NCBI GenBank assembly: GCA_024626585.2
Contig: JANKJI020000002.1
Location: 259,594,262 to 259,613,876, forward strand
Length of the DNA: 19,615 nt
Direction of reading: 5' to 3'
Source of the DNA: Ginkgo biloba
Taxonomy: Eukaryota > Plantae > Ginkgophyta
Shown in pieces: positions 1 through 11,836 of the stretch. How positions within the stretch are numbered: the stretch's first letter is position 1; every line of letters starts with the position of its first letter. The notes under the pieces are model-generated. The model made no database searches, was not told the origin of the DNA, and worked only from the letters and a program-made list of their open reading frames with translations. Made by a program: the position numbers and the translations under genes.

Positions 1-778
1 CTAGGTGTTGCGTTAAGCATTCCATAGACTTTAAAAATATTTTCTAATTAGTTTTAGTAGCTGAAAATCATTACCCAATCATATTTTCTCTACCATTCTA
101 ACTATCTCAAGTTTTACATCATCATACATTTTAAGAGACTATTTTTTTTCTTATGAGCATGTAAATTTCATTTGTAGCTATTTTTTAGTAATATCTTCAT
201 GTCAAATATTAATGGGTTACTTATAAGAGTCATTTCTACTTCCCTCCTTTTATTTCATCAATTTTTTATTCTTTATTTAAGATATCGATGCATATTTCCC
301 TTGGGGGGGTGTGTCTATATAAGCTGTATGTTCTCCTCACAACAAAATGCTTTTTTGTTTTCATCTATAGTGGGCATCTTCTAGGGGTGAATAAATATCC
401 CTCCCCTATTTTCTCACTAATCCATAATTTAGTTCAAGATATCAAGCTTATTTTCCATTCATCTAATTTACATATTTCATATGTTTGATCATTTACACAT
501 TGACTTCTTTTTTCATGATAAAATTTATGAGCAGTGGTTTTTTATTTTTCATAAGCAACCATAATTTCATTTACAATATCACTTTGATAATGATTATAAA
601 ATCATAATAAATAAATAAACATGTATAATGAAAATATAACACCTTTCAATGTATGAGATATGTTAGAACTCCGTTCCCTTAGGTTACTAACAAGGGATAG
701 GGTAATAATTGAGCATAACCTTTTACTATAATTTTCCAAGTCCTCCTATACCTACATCTACATGTAATATGTAATATA

Positions 779-1050
779 GAATCCCTAACAAATTTATACA
801 TCTCACCTTTTATAGGTGAGAATAACAATTTGACTCTTAAGTTGTATCCATAACCTAGGAGTTTAATTCAATCTATCATTTGTGTCAATGTTGATCAAGA
901 TTTGATTCTATAAACATAATTTCATATTATATAAATGATATCATAGTTTGTATCCATTTACATAGATGAGGATTTGAGTAGAAACTTATCTAACCATTTT
1001 ATAATCAAATATAAATAAATCTAGAGAAATATAAATGATGGCAATAGAAT
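779..1050 (+). pseudogene. Highly decayed Ty1/copia reverse transcriptase remnant (tentative)
   Basis: Across frameshifts the + strand gives, in the expected order, ESLTNLYISP (cf. KSLYGLKQSP), QFDS, NVDQDLIL (cf. DPNLY), IISYYINDIIV (cf. LYVDDLI) and LSNHFIIK (cf. LSxxFxMKDLG). Each match is weak; support comes from order and spacing. Confidence 0.4.
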
Positions 1051-1076
1051 CATCTACATTGTATATGGTAAGGTAA

Positions 1077-1670
1077 NNNNNNNNNNNNNNNNNNNNNNNN
1101 NNNNNNNNNNNNNNNNNNNNNNNNNNNNNNNNNNNNNNNNNNNNNNNNNNNNNNNNNNNNNNNNNNNNNNNNNNNNNNNNNNNNNNNNNNNNNNNNNNNN
1201 NNNNNNNNNNNNNNNNNNNNNNNNNNNNNNNNNNNNNNNNNNNNNNNNNNNNNNNNNNNNNNNNNNNNNNNNNNNNNNNNNNNNNNNNNNNNNNNNNNNN
1301 NNNNNNNNNNNNNNNNNNNNNNNNNNNNNNNNNNNNNNNNNNNNNNNNNNNNNNNNNNNNNNNNNNNNNNNNNNNNNNNNNNNNNNNNNNNNNNNNNNNN
1401 NNNNNNNNNNNNNNNNNNNNNNNNNNNNNNNNNNNNNNNNNNNNNNNNNNNNNNNNNNNNNNNNNNNNNNNNNNNNNNNNNNNNNNNNNNNNNNNNNNNN
1501 NNNNNNNNNNNNNNNNNNNNNNNNNNNNNNNNNNNNNNNNNNNNNNNNNNNNNNNNNNNNNNNNNNNNNNNNNNNNNNNNNNNNNNNNNNNNNNNNNNNN
1601 NNNNNNNNNNNNNNNNNNNNNNNNNNNNNNNNNNNNNNNNNNNNNNNNNNNNNNNNNNNNNNNNNNNNNN
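1077..1670. other. Assembly gap (594 N)
   Basis: Run of N. Further 100-N gaps at 3256-3355, 7429-7528, 9257-9356, 11693-11792, 13490-13589, 14881-14980, 16316-16415 and 17757-17856, plus several 10-20 N gaps. Contiguity across gaps is not guaranteed. Confidence 0.99.
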
Positions 1671-2099
1671 TCAATTATATCATAGCCTTGTGTATGAATT
1701 AAATAGATGCATGTTTGATTATGTAGTAAGTGTTAAGCATGTTTCTTGAATACATTTAAAAATTATAAAAGTGTATACTAAGTGTCACATTGAGGATGTA
1801 TTATAATACTACATAATAAATTAGGTCCTTATTAACTTTTATAGTTACAAAACACTAATAGATAAAGCTACTAGGGAGTTATGACTATATATGCACCCAT
1901 TGTAAGTTCATGCAAATATTATGTTGTATTAAAATGTTTCTAATTAAAATGTATTTATATTAAGAAAAAATAACTTTGAGAATCTCAACATGTAGGTTAA
2001 GAATTAACAAGTATAAGGGGAAAATGATAATATTGATTATATAACAAAGGTGTACATAACAATATATTAACATCTTTTTCACCTAATATTGAAAAAAAT

Positions 2100-3255
2100 C
2101 AATGCTAAGAAATATTATTCATAATANNNNNNNNNNTTTACATTATTATATATATAGACTTATTAACTATGTGTACACTAAAACACAATGCCTATACAGT
2201 ATTTTGATGTATATTTAATAATTTGAACACCTTTTTTTTTTCCTCATATTTTCTTATCATGGAAAAGTGGATAGCCATAGTTATATTGAAACCAATATTA
2301 CATAAGGTAGTATTATGAATATTATAGGTATAATGTTATTGTGGAAATTATTTTCCACAAGTTTATGCTTCCTTTATTTTCTTTTATTTTTTTTTCTATT
2401 TAAATGATATGAAATAAAATTATATGTAGCCTCACATGATAAAATATAATTATCCAATGACTTCATATAAGAATATTCAATAACTAATATAAGAAAAAGA
2501 TTAATAGAAATTGAAAGTGTCCAATGTTCCTTCTACATTCATATACCCATTAATATAAATTGATCCATATACAAACATCAAAAAAATAATATGTAATGAA
2601 ATTAAAAATTATGATTAGCTATTGTTGGAAATGTACTTAAGAATAGCCAAGTATTGGAGTGGTTATGCTCTAGTATAGTTCCAACAATATCTAATTAGAT
2701 TTTTTTAATTTATTACATATTAATTTTATTATTCTTGTGGAAGGATCAATTTATGTTAATGGTTAGATAGATGTGGAAGGAACATCGGACACTTTGGACT
2801 CCTATTAATCCTTTTCTTATATTATTTATTGAATCTTATTATATGAAGTCATTAGATAATAATGTTTTATCTTGTGGGGATAAATATAATTTTATTTTAT
2901 ATCATTTAAACACAAAAAAAAATAAAAGAAAAGAAAGAAAGAANNNNNNNNNNNNNNNNNNNATGGAAAATAATTTCCATAACAAATTTATCCCTATAAT
3001 AGTCATTATCTTCCCTTATGCACCAATGGTGTCAATATAACTATGGCTATCCATTTTTCCATGATATGAAAATAATAAGAAAAAAAAAAAAATGTTTAAA
3101 TGATTAAAAGTACAGCAAAATATAGTATAGGAACCTTAGGGATTACGTTAATATGTAATCTTTGAAACCCATTTTAAGGGTATTTTATAATACATGTTAT
3201 TAACAAGGCTATACAAATAGTAATGTAATATTATGAATAATATTTTATAGCATTG
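2100..3255. repeat. Long imperfect inverted repeat (foldback palindrome), arms about 550-600 bp, centre about 2652
   Basis: The arms pair along their length: caatgctaagaaatattattcataata (2100-2126) with tattatgaataatattttatagcattg (ends 3255); tcatggaaaagtggatagccatagttatattga with tcaatataactatggctatccatttttccatga; aatgacttcatataa with ttatatgaagtcatt; tattgttggaa with ttccaacaata. About 80% identity by eye, with a ~45 bp indel in the right arm (~3133-3180). The right arm runs into an N gap. Confidence 0.95.
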
Positions 3256-3355
3256 NNNNNNNNNNNNNNNNNNNNNNNNNNNNNNNNNNNNNNNNNNNNN
3301 NNNNNNNNNNNNNNNNNNNNNNNNNNNNNNNNNNNNNNNNNNNNNNNNNNNNNNN

Positions 3356-3823
3356 TGATCAACATATAACTCAAATTTTTTTATTAAATAACTAATATCA
3401 TAATTTCTATACTGAATAAATCATTCTTACTACTTCTCTATTAATTGTAGAATAATTTATCTCATCCTTAATCAATTTTCTACTTATGAAATAAATGATC
3501 TTAATAATTTATCTACTCTCTATATATACCAAAATAAATCCAATTGTAATAGCCCAAGAATTAGTATGCACGTGAAAATTTTCTTTTGAGCTTGAAAACT
3601 ATAAAAATGGAGCTTCTACTATTCTTGACTTTAGTTGTTCAAACAATTTTTTCCATTCTTGAGTCCACAAAAATGCAACATCATTTCTCAATAGTTTCTC
3701 CAAATGACTATAAATCTTTGTATAACCTTTGATAAAATTTATATATTATCCACTATGTCCTAGAAATTTCTTAATTTGGGATGGAATCATTATAAGTTCT
3801 AAATCCATAATTATTCTCACCTT
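3356..3823 (-). pseudogene. Ty3/gypsy pol remnant: RT connection plus RNase H
   Basis: Minus-strand translation with frameshifts and stops: KVRIIMDLEL..PSQIKKFLGHSG*YINFIK / GYTKIYSHLEKLLRNDVAFLWTQEWKKLFEQLKSRIVEAPFL*F...FHVHTNSWAITIGFIL...IYFISRKLIKDEINYSTINREVVRMIYSV*KL*Y*LF...YVD. This follows the gypsy pattern FLGHxGYYRRFIK...FHVHVDAS...FASRKL..AERNYTTTERE..A.VY...KFRHYL...TDH. Confidence 0.9.
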
Positions 3824-5278
3824 TTATGCTATGCTAAGATGGCTAGTTATAAATCCTCTTTTAAACTTGTACATCGATGAGAATCCTTTTTGGAGTTGTG
3901 AAGATTTAAACATATTGACAAGTATTAATAATAATACCACAAGTGGAGATGATAATTAATTAATCAATAGAAAATTCTTACACCAAAATATAGTGATACA
4001 AAGAATTTCCATTTATTATACAATGCCACAATATAGAATAAATAGAGAAAAAAGAGGGAACAAGTGAAATGATTTCAATAGAATAATTTTCAATGATCTT
4101 ATCCCCCTCTTTCATTAGTGATCCTTCCTTTGTCTCTTGTATTATTTTTTAAAAGTGTGTAGAATCCAATAGAGTTGCATTAGATATATAGCTCTTGGCT
4201 CTTTAATATGATAGAGTTTTCCCACTATATACTTTTTCCCCCCATCTCTTATAAAAAAGAGGCCATTATTTAAATTGATAGGGAATTGTATTTCCCATTA
4301 ATATCTCACATAGAGATTAATATTCTCTAATATATTTGGAATTAATCTCATCTCTGAATTCTTCATGCTTAGATAAAAAATAAGTTTCTTTTATTGGATT
4401 TAATTATCTTTTTACTTTTTCTAATTTTCTCAATTATATTTTAAGATTATTAGGAATCTTCCCATTCAGTGAAAATTAGTTCTCATGAAGTAAAATCATG
4501 TACATTATCTTTCCCATCTATGGTAAAATTCTGAGTTATTTTAGGCATTTTATAAATGGATTTTTATGCCAAATTTTAGAGTACTTCCCATTTTTTGTTG
4601 GTGGAAATTTGGGTCTTAAGATATTACCCCTTAAATAATGAGAATATTAGAGTACTATGTGTCCAATGTTATTCAATACTTAATACCCTAAATTTTTTTG
4701 GAACTATTTTAGTTATGTATCAAAAGTATTGTATAGTTAGTTAAATGATTCCTAAATTAATCTAGTTTTATTGTTGATGTTGCAGTGAAAATAAAAGGAA
4801 AACCATTGAGAACCTAACTTTGATCTGCAATAAGAAAAAACTTTCTATATTTTCTATAATACAATTATGTGATTCAAGCATGTCCCATGATCATAATTAT
4901 TATCATAAATTTTTTAATAGGTCCAAAACTTAGTATTCGAAAATGACATTATTGAGATTAACACTTAGGTAGGATTTAATGCAAATTAATGAGGCATAAA
5001 CTTAGGCTTAGGCATGATGAAGATAGATAGTACATTTGGAAAGTTATATTACCCTATATTATATAAGTATCACTATTTAAAGGATCCATAATAATCATGA
5101 GAAAAAAAATTGTTGGGAGGGAGATTTTGGATAGTGGACAGAAGTGTGAACTTTTATTACATCAAGAATTTAATATAGCAGTACTAAAATCTCCCTTGAG
5201 TTTTATGTGATTAAGAATATCAATCACATTGATGTTAAGTTTTGTAAATAATAACTACTTAATTTCTAATTTAGTTAG

Positions 5279-5290
5279 GCTCTAATACCA
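5279..5290 (-). mobile_element. Degenerate tRNA-iMet primer-binding site of an LTR retrotransposon
   Basis: Minus strand reads TGGTATTAGAGC (11/12 to TGGTATCAGAGC). The adjacent LTR end lacks a clean CA. Downstream minus-strand sequence (~4700-4800) is only faintly Copia-Gag-like. Confidence 0.5.
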
Positions 5291-6701
5291 TCAATAGCAG
5301 GATAAGAAGAAATCATATATGTAAGAAAATGTTATTGATGTATTGTTAGGTAACCTATGGCTTCCATGTGTACAAAGGCTTATTAATGTATTGGTTAAAA
5401 GTGGCATATGTTAATATACAAAAAAAATTATAGATATGTGTATATCGAATAATCATAAATAAAATAAGCTTGATGTTCTTAGATATGGTGAATATATCAT
5501 TGAAATATATCAATTATTAATTCACATAAAAAATAATTATCTCTTCATATGATATGCTAAAATGAAATTGTTTGAAATTAAATCATTAGTAGATGGGAAT
5601 GTTTGATAATACCACATAAGAATAGGTTGTTAATTTTCAATATGTTATTTAATTATGTAATAACTATTCAAGAGTTAGAAAACACAATGAGATATTTTAT
5701 TTATTGATTGAGAGAATCATGTAAACGGCCAATAATTGGTTATTACTCCACTTCATTATTTATGAGTGGATATAAAAAAATAAATAACTAGAGTATATAT
5801 TATTTTCCTTATGATGGATTATAATCCATACAACTATAAATATCTAAGAATCTCATCATATTGTCCCGTCTATAAAAATGTAAGAAACTATGATAAAGTG
5901 CTATATTACTACCATTTATAGGTTAGTCATGAAAAATTGGACCTAACTTTAGGAAGAAAGGTAAAATTTAAAATAACTTGTAGGTTCAAAAAAATGTTTA
6001 CCCTTCATTATAACCATTTCACATTTGGGAATTAGAGTTCTCAAGTGATCATGACAATTAGTGTATACATTTATTTTTCTCATTTTGATATTTTTTAATT
6101 ATATTTATTTTATTTTCATATGGTATGCCTTTTTCTAAAAGAGTCTTTAGATTGGCTAACTTTCTTGTTTTTTTATGCATAGATCGATCTAGAATAGATA
6201 AGACTTCCATGATGATAGGAAATGTAATACAGGGTGTCACTTAGTGACATTTCACATGTAACAAGCTATGGCATGCTACATTATGTTCACCATGAATTCA
6301 TTCAACATGAGGATTGCTTTGGTGTCACATGCCATGAACCGTTGGTATTTCATATGCTACAGACCATGAAACCTTTAGTTATCTCACATTATTCATGCAA
6401 CACAAGTCATAAACCATCATGTTTTACCATGTCTTTGCTATGAAAAAAACTTGGAATCACATTTTTAAATGATGCTCTAGGCTACAAATGCTTCTCCATC
6501 CTTAGGTCACACAATAGTTCGTCATACAACAAGGTGCTCCAATAGTTTGCCAAAGTTTTATTTTAAACTTTATATGCTCTAGTCCTTCAACATGGATGAT
6601 GTATGGAATGGTTGGAATTCTTCTCTCCTAAATATTTATCATCTCACTATTCTTCCCAGGCATTCTTCTTGTTAATTGCCTTCTCCTTCAACCTAAATTT
6701 T

Positions 6702-6968
6702 CTTTGATACCATGTCAATTTTAGTACATATAATGACATAGATAATTTACGAGAGGAGAGAGAGAATGATGTCGTACTTCCTTGATTCCTTTATAAATAC
6801 ATTAAAATACATGAATGATTAAATGGGAAGATAAATTCATGTACACAACTACTTATTAGATTAGTTGACCTTATTATTTTATTCTCCTAATACTAAATGT
6901 TTATTATGTATTAATGTTAACATCAACACTTTATTATAAACATAAAGTAAAATATTACTATTCCAACA
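6702..6968 (-). mobile_element. Short LTR (about 6713-6968, TG...CA) with abutting tRNA-iMet PBS (6702-6712)
   Basis: Minus strand runs TGTTGGAATAG...TATAAA...CT-rich tract...GACA, followed immediately by TGGTATCAAAG. The far (6968) boundary is inferred from the TGTTGG start. Confidence 0.6.
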
Positions 6969-7035
6969 TTCATTAGTAGGAAAATATTCTTCACTTACTC
7001 CACTTGTAGTCCCAATTTATTTTCTATTATAATAT

Positions 7036-7428
7036 GTTGGTGCAGGTTCATCATCATATACACCTGTTGGATATAATCCATTTTTAGTAGAGTCTAATAT
7101 TAATATTAAGGTGTTTTATGGAAAGATGGATGTTGAGTCTTTAGATACTTGGATCCAAAATTTATAGGTTTATTTTTATTTTCATGCTTATTTATATGAG
7201 TAGAAGATCTCATTTTCCAAATTGAATATGGAAAGAAATGATTTACATTTATGGGAGTCATTTTCTAGAATTAGAGAGAAAAAAGGACATGCATAGGTTA
7301 CTTCTTGGAGTGATTTTAAGAAGGATATAAAGAAGAATTTTTATCCTATTGGTTATGAGAATGAGATCTTTTTAAACTATAGCCATCTAAAGAAGTAGAC
7401 ATAATAGAGTTTGAAGGATTAGTATGAC
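7036..7428 (+). pseudogene. Ty3/gypsy Gag (retrotransposon gag domain) remnant
   Basis: Single frame with stops: PFLVESNINIKVFYGKMDVESLDTWIQNL*VYF...E*KISFSKLNMERNDLHLWES...VTSWSDFKKDIKKNFYPIGYE...SHLKK*T**SLKD. This fits the plant gypsy Gag pattern PFKVE...YDG..D.E.LD.WI..LEVY...W..F...LRKQFYP..Y. Truncated by the N gap. Confidence 0.85.
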
Positions 7429-10400
7429 NNNNNNNNNNNNNNNNNNNNNNNNNNNNNNNNNNNNNNNNNNNNNNNNNNNNNNNNNNNNNNNNNNNNNNNN
7501 NNNNNNNNNNNNNNNNNNNNNNNNNNNNAAGAAGGTATAAGATAAACTTATATTCGCTATAAATACCCTTTCCTTACACAATATATAATAGAGTAGCATC
7601 CATGTGTATGGAACCTCATTATCATTCAATTTCATGGGGGATGATTATATATGATTCCATTTAGGATGATCAAATGTTATGGGTGGCATACATAATATGA
7701 AACTAATCAAGTCATTATAGTATTAGTTATCATGTATTATTGATATTTGCGAACCTAATTAATAGTTGTATCATATTGGGACATATATTTGATAAGATTA
7801 TATTCATATTTAATGAGCACATTAAGGGACTAGGCATGTATATATTTAGGTAATGACAATTTAATATCCCTTTAGTTTTGATGAGTATTTACTTTAAGAG
7901 GTTCCTTAGACTTTGACCTAAATTTATCCCTTTTATAATCTATGCATCATTATCTAGGATGGATAGCATTGATACTATCACCCCTCACTTTTATATTAGG
8001 GTCACAATAATTAGGAAGAGAGTTTTTGGATTTCCTACCACTCAGTTGGGTTATTTTACATTAACTATTCATCTATCACCTATACAAAAACCTTAATTAA
8101 AGATAATATCTAGAATTACATATTTTGATTAATTATAATGTCTCTTCGTGAGTTATTTTTATATGTTTATATTTTTATTTTATTTTCTTACTATTTATTT
8201 ATACTAATTGTATATCACATGTCTAATATAGATTCATGTACTCCTCCCCTTAATCATGTTGGTATGGACTAAGAGATATTTTTTGATATTCATTACTTAG
8301 AAGAATGATTGACCAAGTCCTTCAAACCTTATTCATATCATTATCTATCTCCTAAGACCTATTAGAGACTTCATACTCTTCCCCCATTTATGTGTCATCT
8401 GTCATTTTTGGTTATGGGAATTATGGATCATGTTGAACATACTAGATCTAGGGTTGACTAGTTAGATTCAACATATGATGAGGAGTGGAGAGCATATCAT
8501 GAGTCCAAACAAAATGGTGTTCATCATATATCATATAATATTAGGGTTATCTCCCTCATTTTTTTTCAATAAAAGTATTAGTGTTTCTTTACTCAAGTCA
8601 CCATTTGTAAGATTATTTGATATGTACATATTTATTTTTGGACATATTAATAGTTAAAGTTTTAGTGTTGTTTTATTTGTATATAAAGTGTATTGTAAAC
8701 ATAACATGGAAAATAATGAAATATATCTTACTATAGAGTGTATGAAATGACATTCGTCGAGATTCATTTTAATAACATGTGACAAGGAATAATGGCATTC
8801 ACTGAATAATATTAAAGCACATAAAGAAATAGCAATGCATAATAAGGAATAATGGTCTACACCAAAATAATGTTGTAGAGTAACAATAACATTGTTAAAA
8901 TTTGTAGTTTATATTTATATGTCAACATAGATTATATAAAAACATGTGACTTATTTAATAATGTACCACCATGTAAATAATTATATTCTAAAAGTATTCT
9001 AAATAAGTGAAGAAGAAGTGAGGAAAAATATTACATATCTAAATAATTAAGAAAGATACATGTACTATAATAAAGTAAGAGAAAATATATTCAAATATCC
9101 AAAGACACATATAAAAAAGTAAGAAATCCTTTAAAATATTATAGATATATTTATAAAAAAGGAGGAATTAGGTATAGAAAAATTAAATACCAAAATCTAT
9201 AAAAATTAAGGTAAATCTAAAACTATAAGTAATATCTAAGACTTATAAATACTATANNNNNNNNNNNNNNNNNNNNNNNNNNNNNNNNNNNNNNNNNNNN
9301 NNNNNNNNNNNNNNNNNNNNNNNNNNNNNNNNNNNNNNNNNNNNNNNNNNNNNNNNAGAACCTATAGCCTCTTGTGACTACTTTCCCTTCTCTTGGGACA
9401 ATGTTATATGTGAGTGCTCAAGATCCATACATATGTCATGAACTCATGCATCTAGGTCTCATAACCTTTTCACCAAAGTCTTCCAAACTCTCTTACCACT
9501 GCGAGAGGGTAAGCCGTGAGAGATCACCACATGGCATAATCCTATGGATTTAAATCTTGCATTATTTATCGAGTGAACTCCAATGCTTCCAATTATGATG
9601 TGGGGAGATAACACATGATCTTTCCATATGGTGTCATCCTATAAATCTACACAAATTCACAAACACCCATGAAAAGAACTTTTACACATATACGTATGAA
9701 AATAAAAAGGTTCCATATGGTGTATTCCAGAGGGACATAGATTCTTCCCTTTAATATTATTAAGGAATTTCCCTAATAATTTCATCATGTTGGTTCTAAT
9801 AGATTCATATTTTATAATTATCCAAGATGTGTTATTGGTATATATCAATAAATAGGATTGTATATGAGTTGAATTATTTTAGTGATAACTCACTTGATCC
9901 ATAATAGACATTATTAGACTAACATCAATAGTCTCGAGGGCTCATTGACATCATTAGCCAACCATGTCATCATTGATCCTGATAGTGGGCATGGTCAACG
10001 ACACTAGTGAAATCTCATCGATGTCTTTTTTGGTGTCTGACACCACTCCCATGTTAGGTACCCCATGATGGATCAATCTAGATGTAACACCCTAGATCAA
10101 CTCCTACTCATGCCTACATAAGAAAAAAGGGGCCATGAATAAAAAGGCAACAGACTCCTATTTGGGGAAATTTTACCTAACACTATGGTGACTAAATGAT
10201 GGACCTGAAGTAAGTAAAAAGTTTCATGAGTATATAAAAAATAAATGGAGGGAGGTTTAATGAACAAAGGATGATCATACAACATATGCTTCCTTAATCC
10301 CAATGGATGTGGTAGGTGACAAAATACAAGTCCTAATCTGGCCTCATCCATCATGGATTGAGAGGACTATCTTGGAATTAATAATAATATACACTCCAGG

Positions 10401-10450
10401 CTCCACTTTAAGGCCAAAGAGGCAATTGAGATCATTCACTCATTTCCCCA

Positions 10451-11692
10451 ATGGCCCAACACCATTATTGGGCCATCAATAAGGAGCATTTTTCTAAGGA
10501 ACCCTATAGCATGTCGTGGTCACTGCCTAACTTACCAAGAATCCCTCTCCCTGAAGTCCAAGGAAAGGGAGACGTGACTGAGAAGGAAAGGAGGAGAAAA
10601 CCCACCATAAAGGAGTCTGAAGCCTTGAAGAGAAAGCATCCAGAGGAGGGGTCCAAATAGGGGACGGGTGAGAGAGAAGAAAAGACAAACCCGAAGACAT
10701 CCAGGGGGGGAATCATAAAAGAAGAGTCAAAGGGACCTTAATATTTCAGAGACAACCACCATCTCCATGACCACCCCTTTGTTTGTAAACCCAATTAATG
10801 TAGTCCTTCCCATTTCTACTCCCCCCCCCGTCACCTAACTCCCCCTCGTTCAATGGAGCCATGCCTTTGTAGGGACTGACCCCTCGATTGACTCCGCCTT
10901 GGATATCGTTCCACCACCTTCATTACAGAAGGTAAGAGAAAAGAGGAAAGGTCAATTCATCCCCACTGTTCTAGTCCTCGACGACACCCTGACCACTTAG
11001 TCTTCCAGGAAGGCATTGCCTAGGAGCTGGCTACAAGGGTAGAAGAATTGGAACTGGAATTAGTCCTATAAGCTCATCAGGCCCGGGAGGAAAATAATTC
11101 ACTGAATTAGAGTATGAGTATATTAATGAAGGAGATTTGCAAATTCGGAGCATTCCCTTCAGCGGAGTAGGCCACCATGGCCACGAAAATCCCCCTTAAC
11201 ATTCGTCCCCATGTACACCTCTTAAGACAACAAGCATTAGCGGCAAGGGAGGCTCCTCCAATTCCCCCTGAAACGCAAGCCGTACTATCGTAGTTATAAT
11301 CCAAAATTGCTAGCCTCCAGTAACAAACAACGATCTACAAACTGAAGCCAAGTAGAAGAACCAAGAGCTTGCTGAGCACATAATAGAGATACAACGGTGG
11401 AAGGCTATTCCCGCTCAATTTATTGCCAACATGCAAAAGCAATTGACTTTGGCCAGGGAGGCGGTAGGTGATCTCAGGCAACATTTGACCCAAAACCTTG
11501 ATACGATCAAAGAGAAGGAAGGGGCATGCCATTCCCAACTCTTCCGATTAGCTAACATGCGCGATCAACTGGCTTCAAAGAGGGCATCATTGGAGGAAGA
11601 GTATTATGAGCTCTTGCGAGTCACAGACCTGGAGCAACGGGCAAGTAAAGAAGCCACAGTGCTCCAGCACAGGGAAGAAGTAGATTCCATGC
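10451..11692 (+). pseudogene. Pseudogenised long ORF with a K/E/P-rich segment and coiled-coil C-terminal part; family unknown, probably TE-borne
   Basis: GC-richer block. The frame from 11006 reads QEGIA*ELATRVEELELELVL*AHQAREENNSLN*SMSILMKEICK...AVLS*L*SKIASLQ*Q. It shifts near 11335 into AK*KNQELAEHIIEIQRWK...MQKQLTLAREAVGDLRQHL...LEEEYYELLRVTDLEQ (the listed 11431 ORF). All eight stops in 11006-11430 are TAA/TAG, consistent with mutated Gln codons. Confidence 0.6.
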
Positions 11693-11823
11693 NNNNNNNN
11701 NNNNNNNNNNNNNNNNNNNNNNNNNNNNNNNNNNNNNNNNNNNNNNNNNNNNNNNNNNNNNNNNNNNNNNNNNNNNNNNNNNNNNNNNNNNNCTCCTTCC
11801 CCAAAATCTAGCACTAAAATTAT

Positions 11824-11835
11824 GCTTTAATACCA
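11824..11835 (-). mobile_element. tRNA-iMet PBS adjacent to LTR end
   Basis: Minus strand reads ...CTGCGTCA-A-TGGTATTAAAGC (10/12 to TGGTATCAGAGC), one base after a CA terminus. Confidence 0.75.
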
Positions 11836-11836
11836 T

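Noticed and set aside
60-480. Possible gypsy Gag zinc-knuckle remnant on the minus strand (GEGYLFTPRRCP...)
   Set aside because: CCHC residues are mostly absent; too decayed to call.
1054-1674. 206-aa ORF and other X-containing ORFs in the track
   Set aside because: Artefacts of N runs read through as codons.
3990-4630. LTR-like segment on the minus strand (purine run, TATA-like box, AATAAA)
   Set aside because: No clean TG...CA ends, PBS, TSD or second copy.
5450-5720. Faint resemblance to Helitron Rep motifs
   Set aside because: No HUH motif or EFQxRG can be recovered; compatible with chance in AT-rich DNA.
8429-8474. Small imperfect hairpin atgttgaa...ttcaacat
   Set aside because: Short and mismatched; no context supporting a function.
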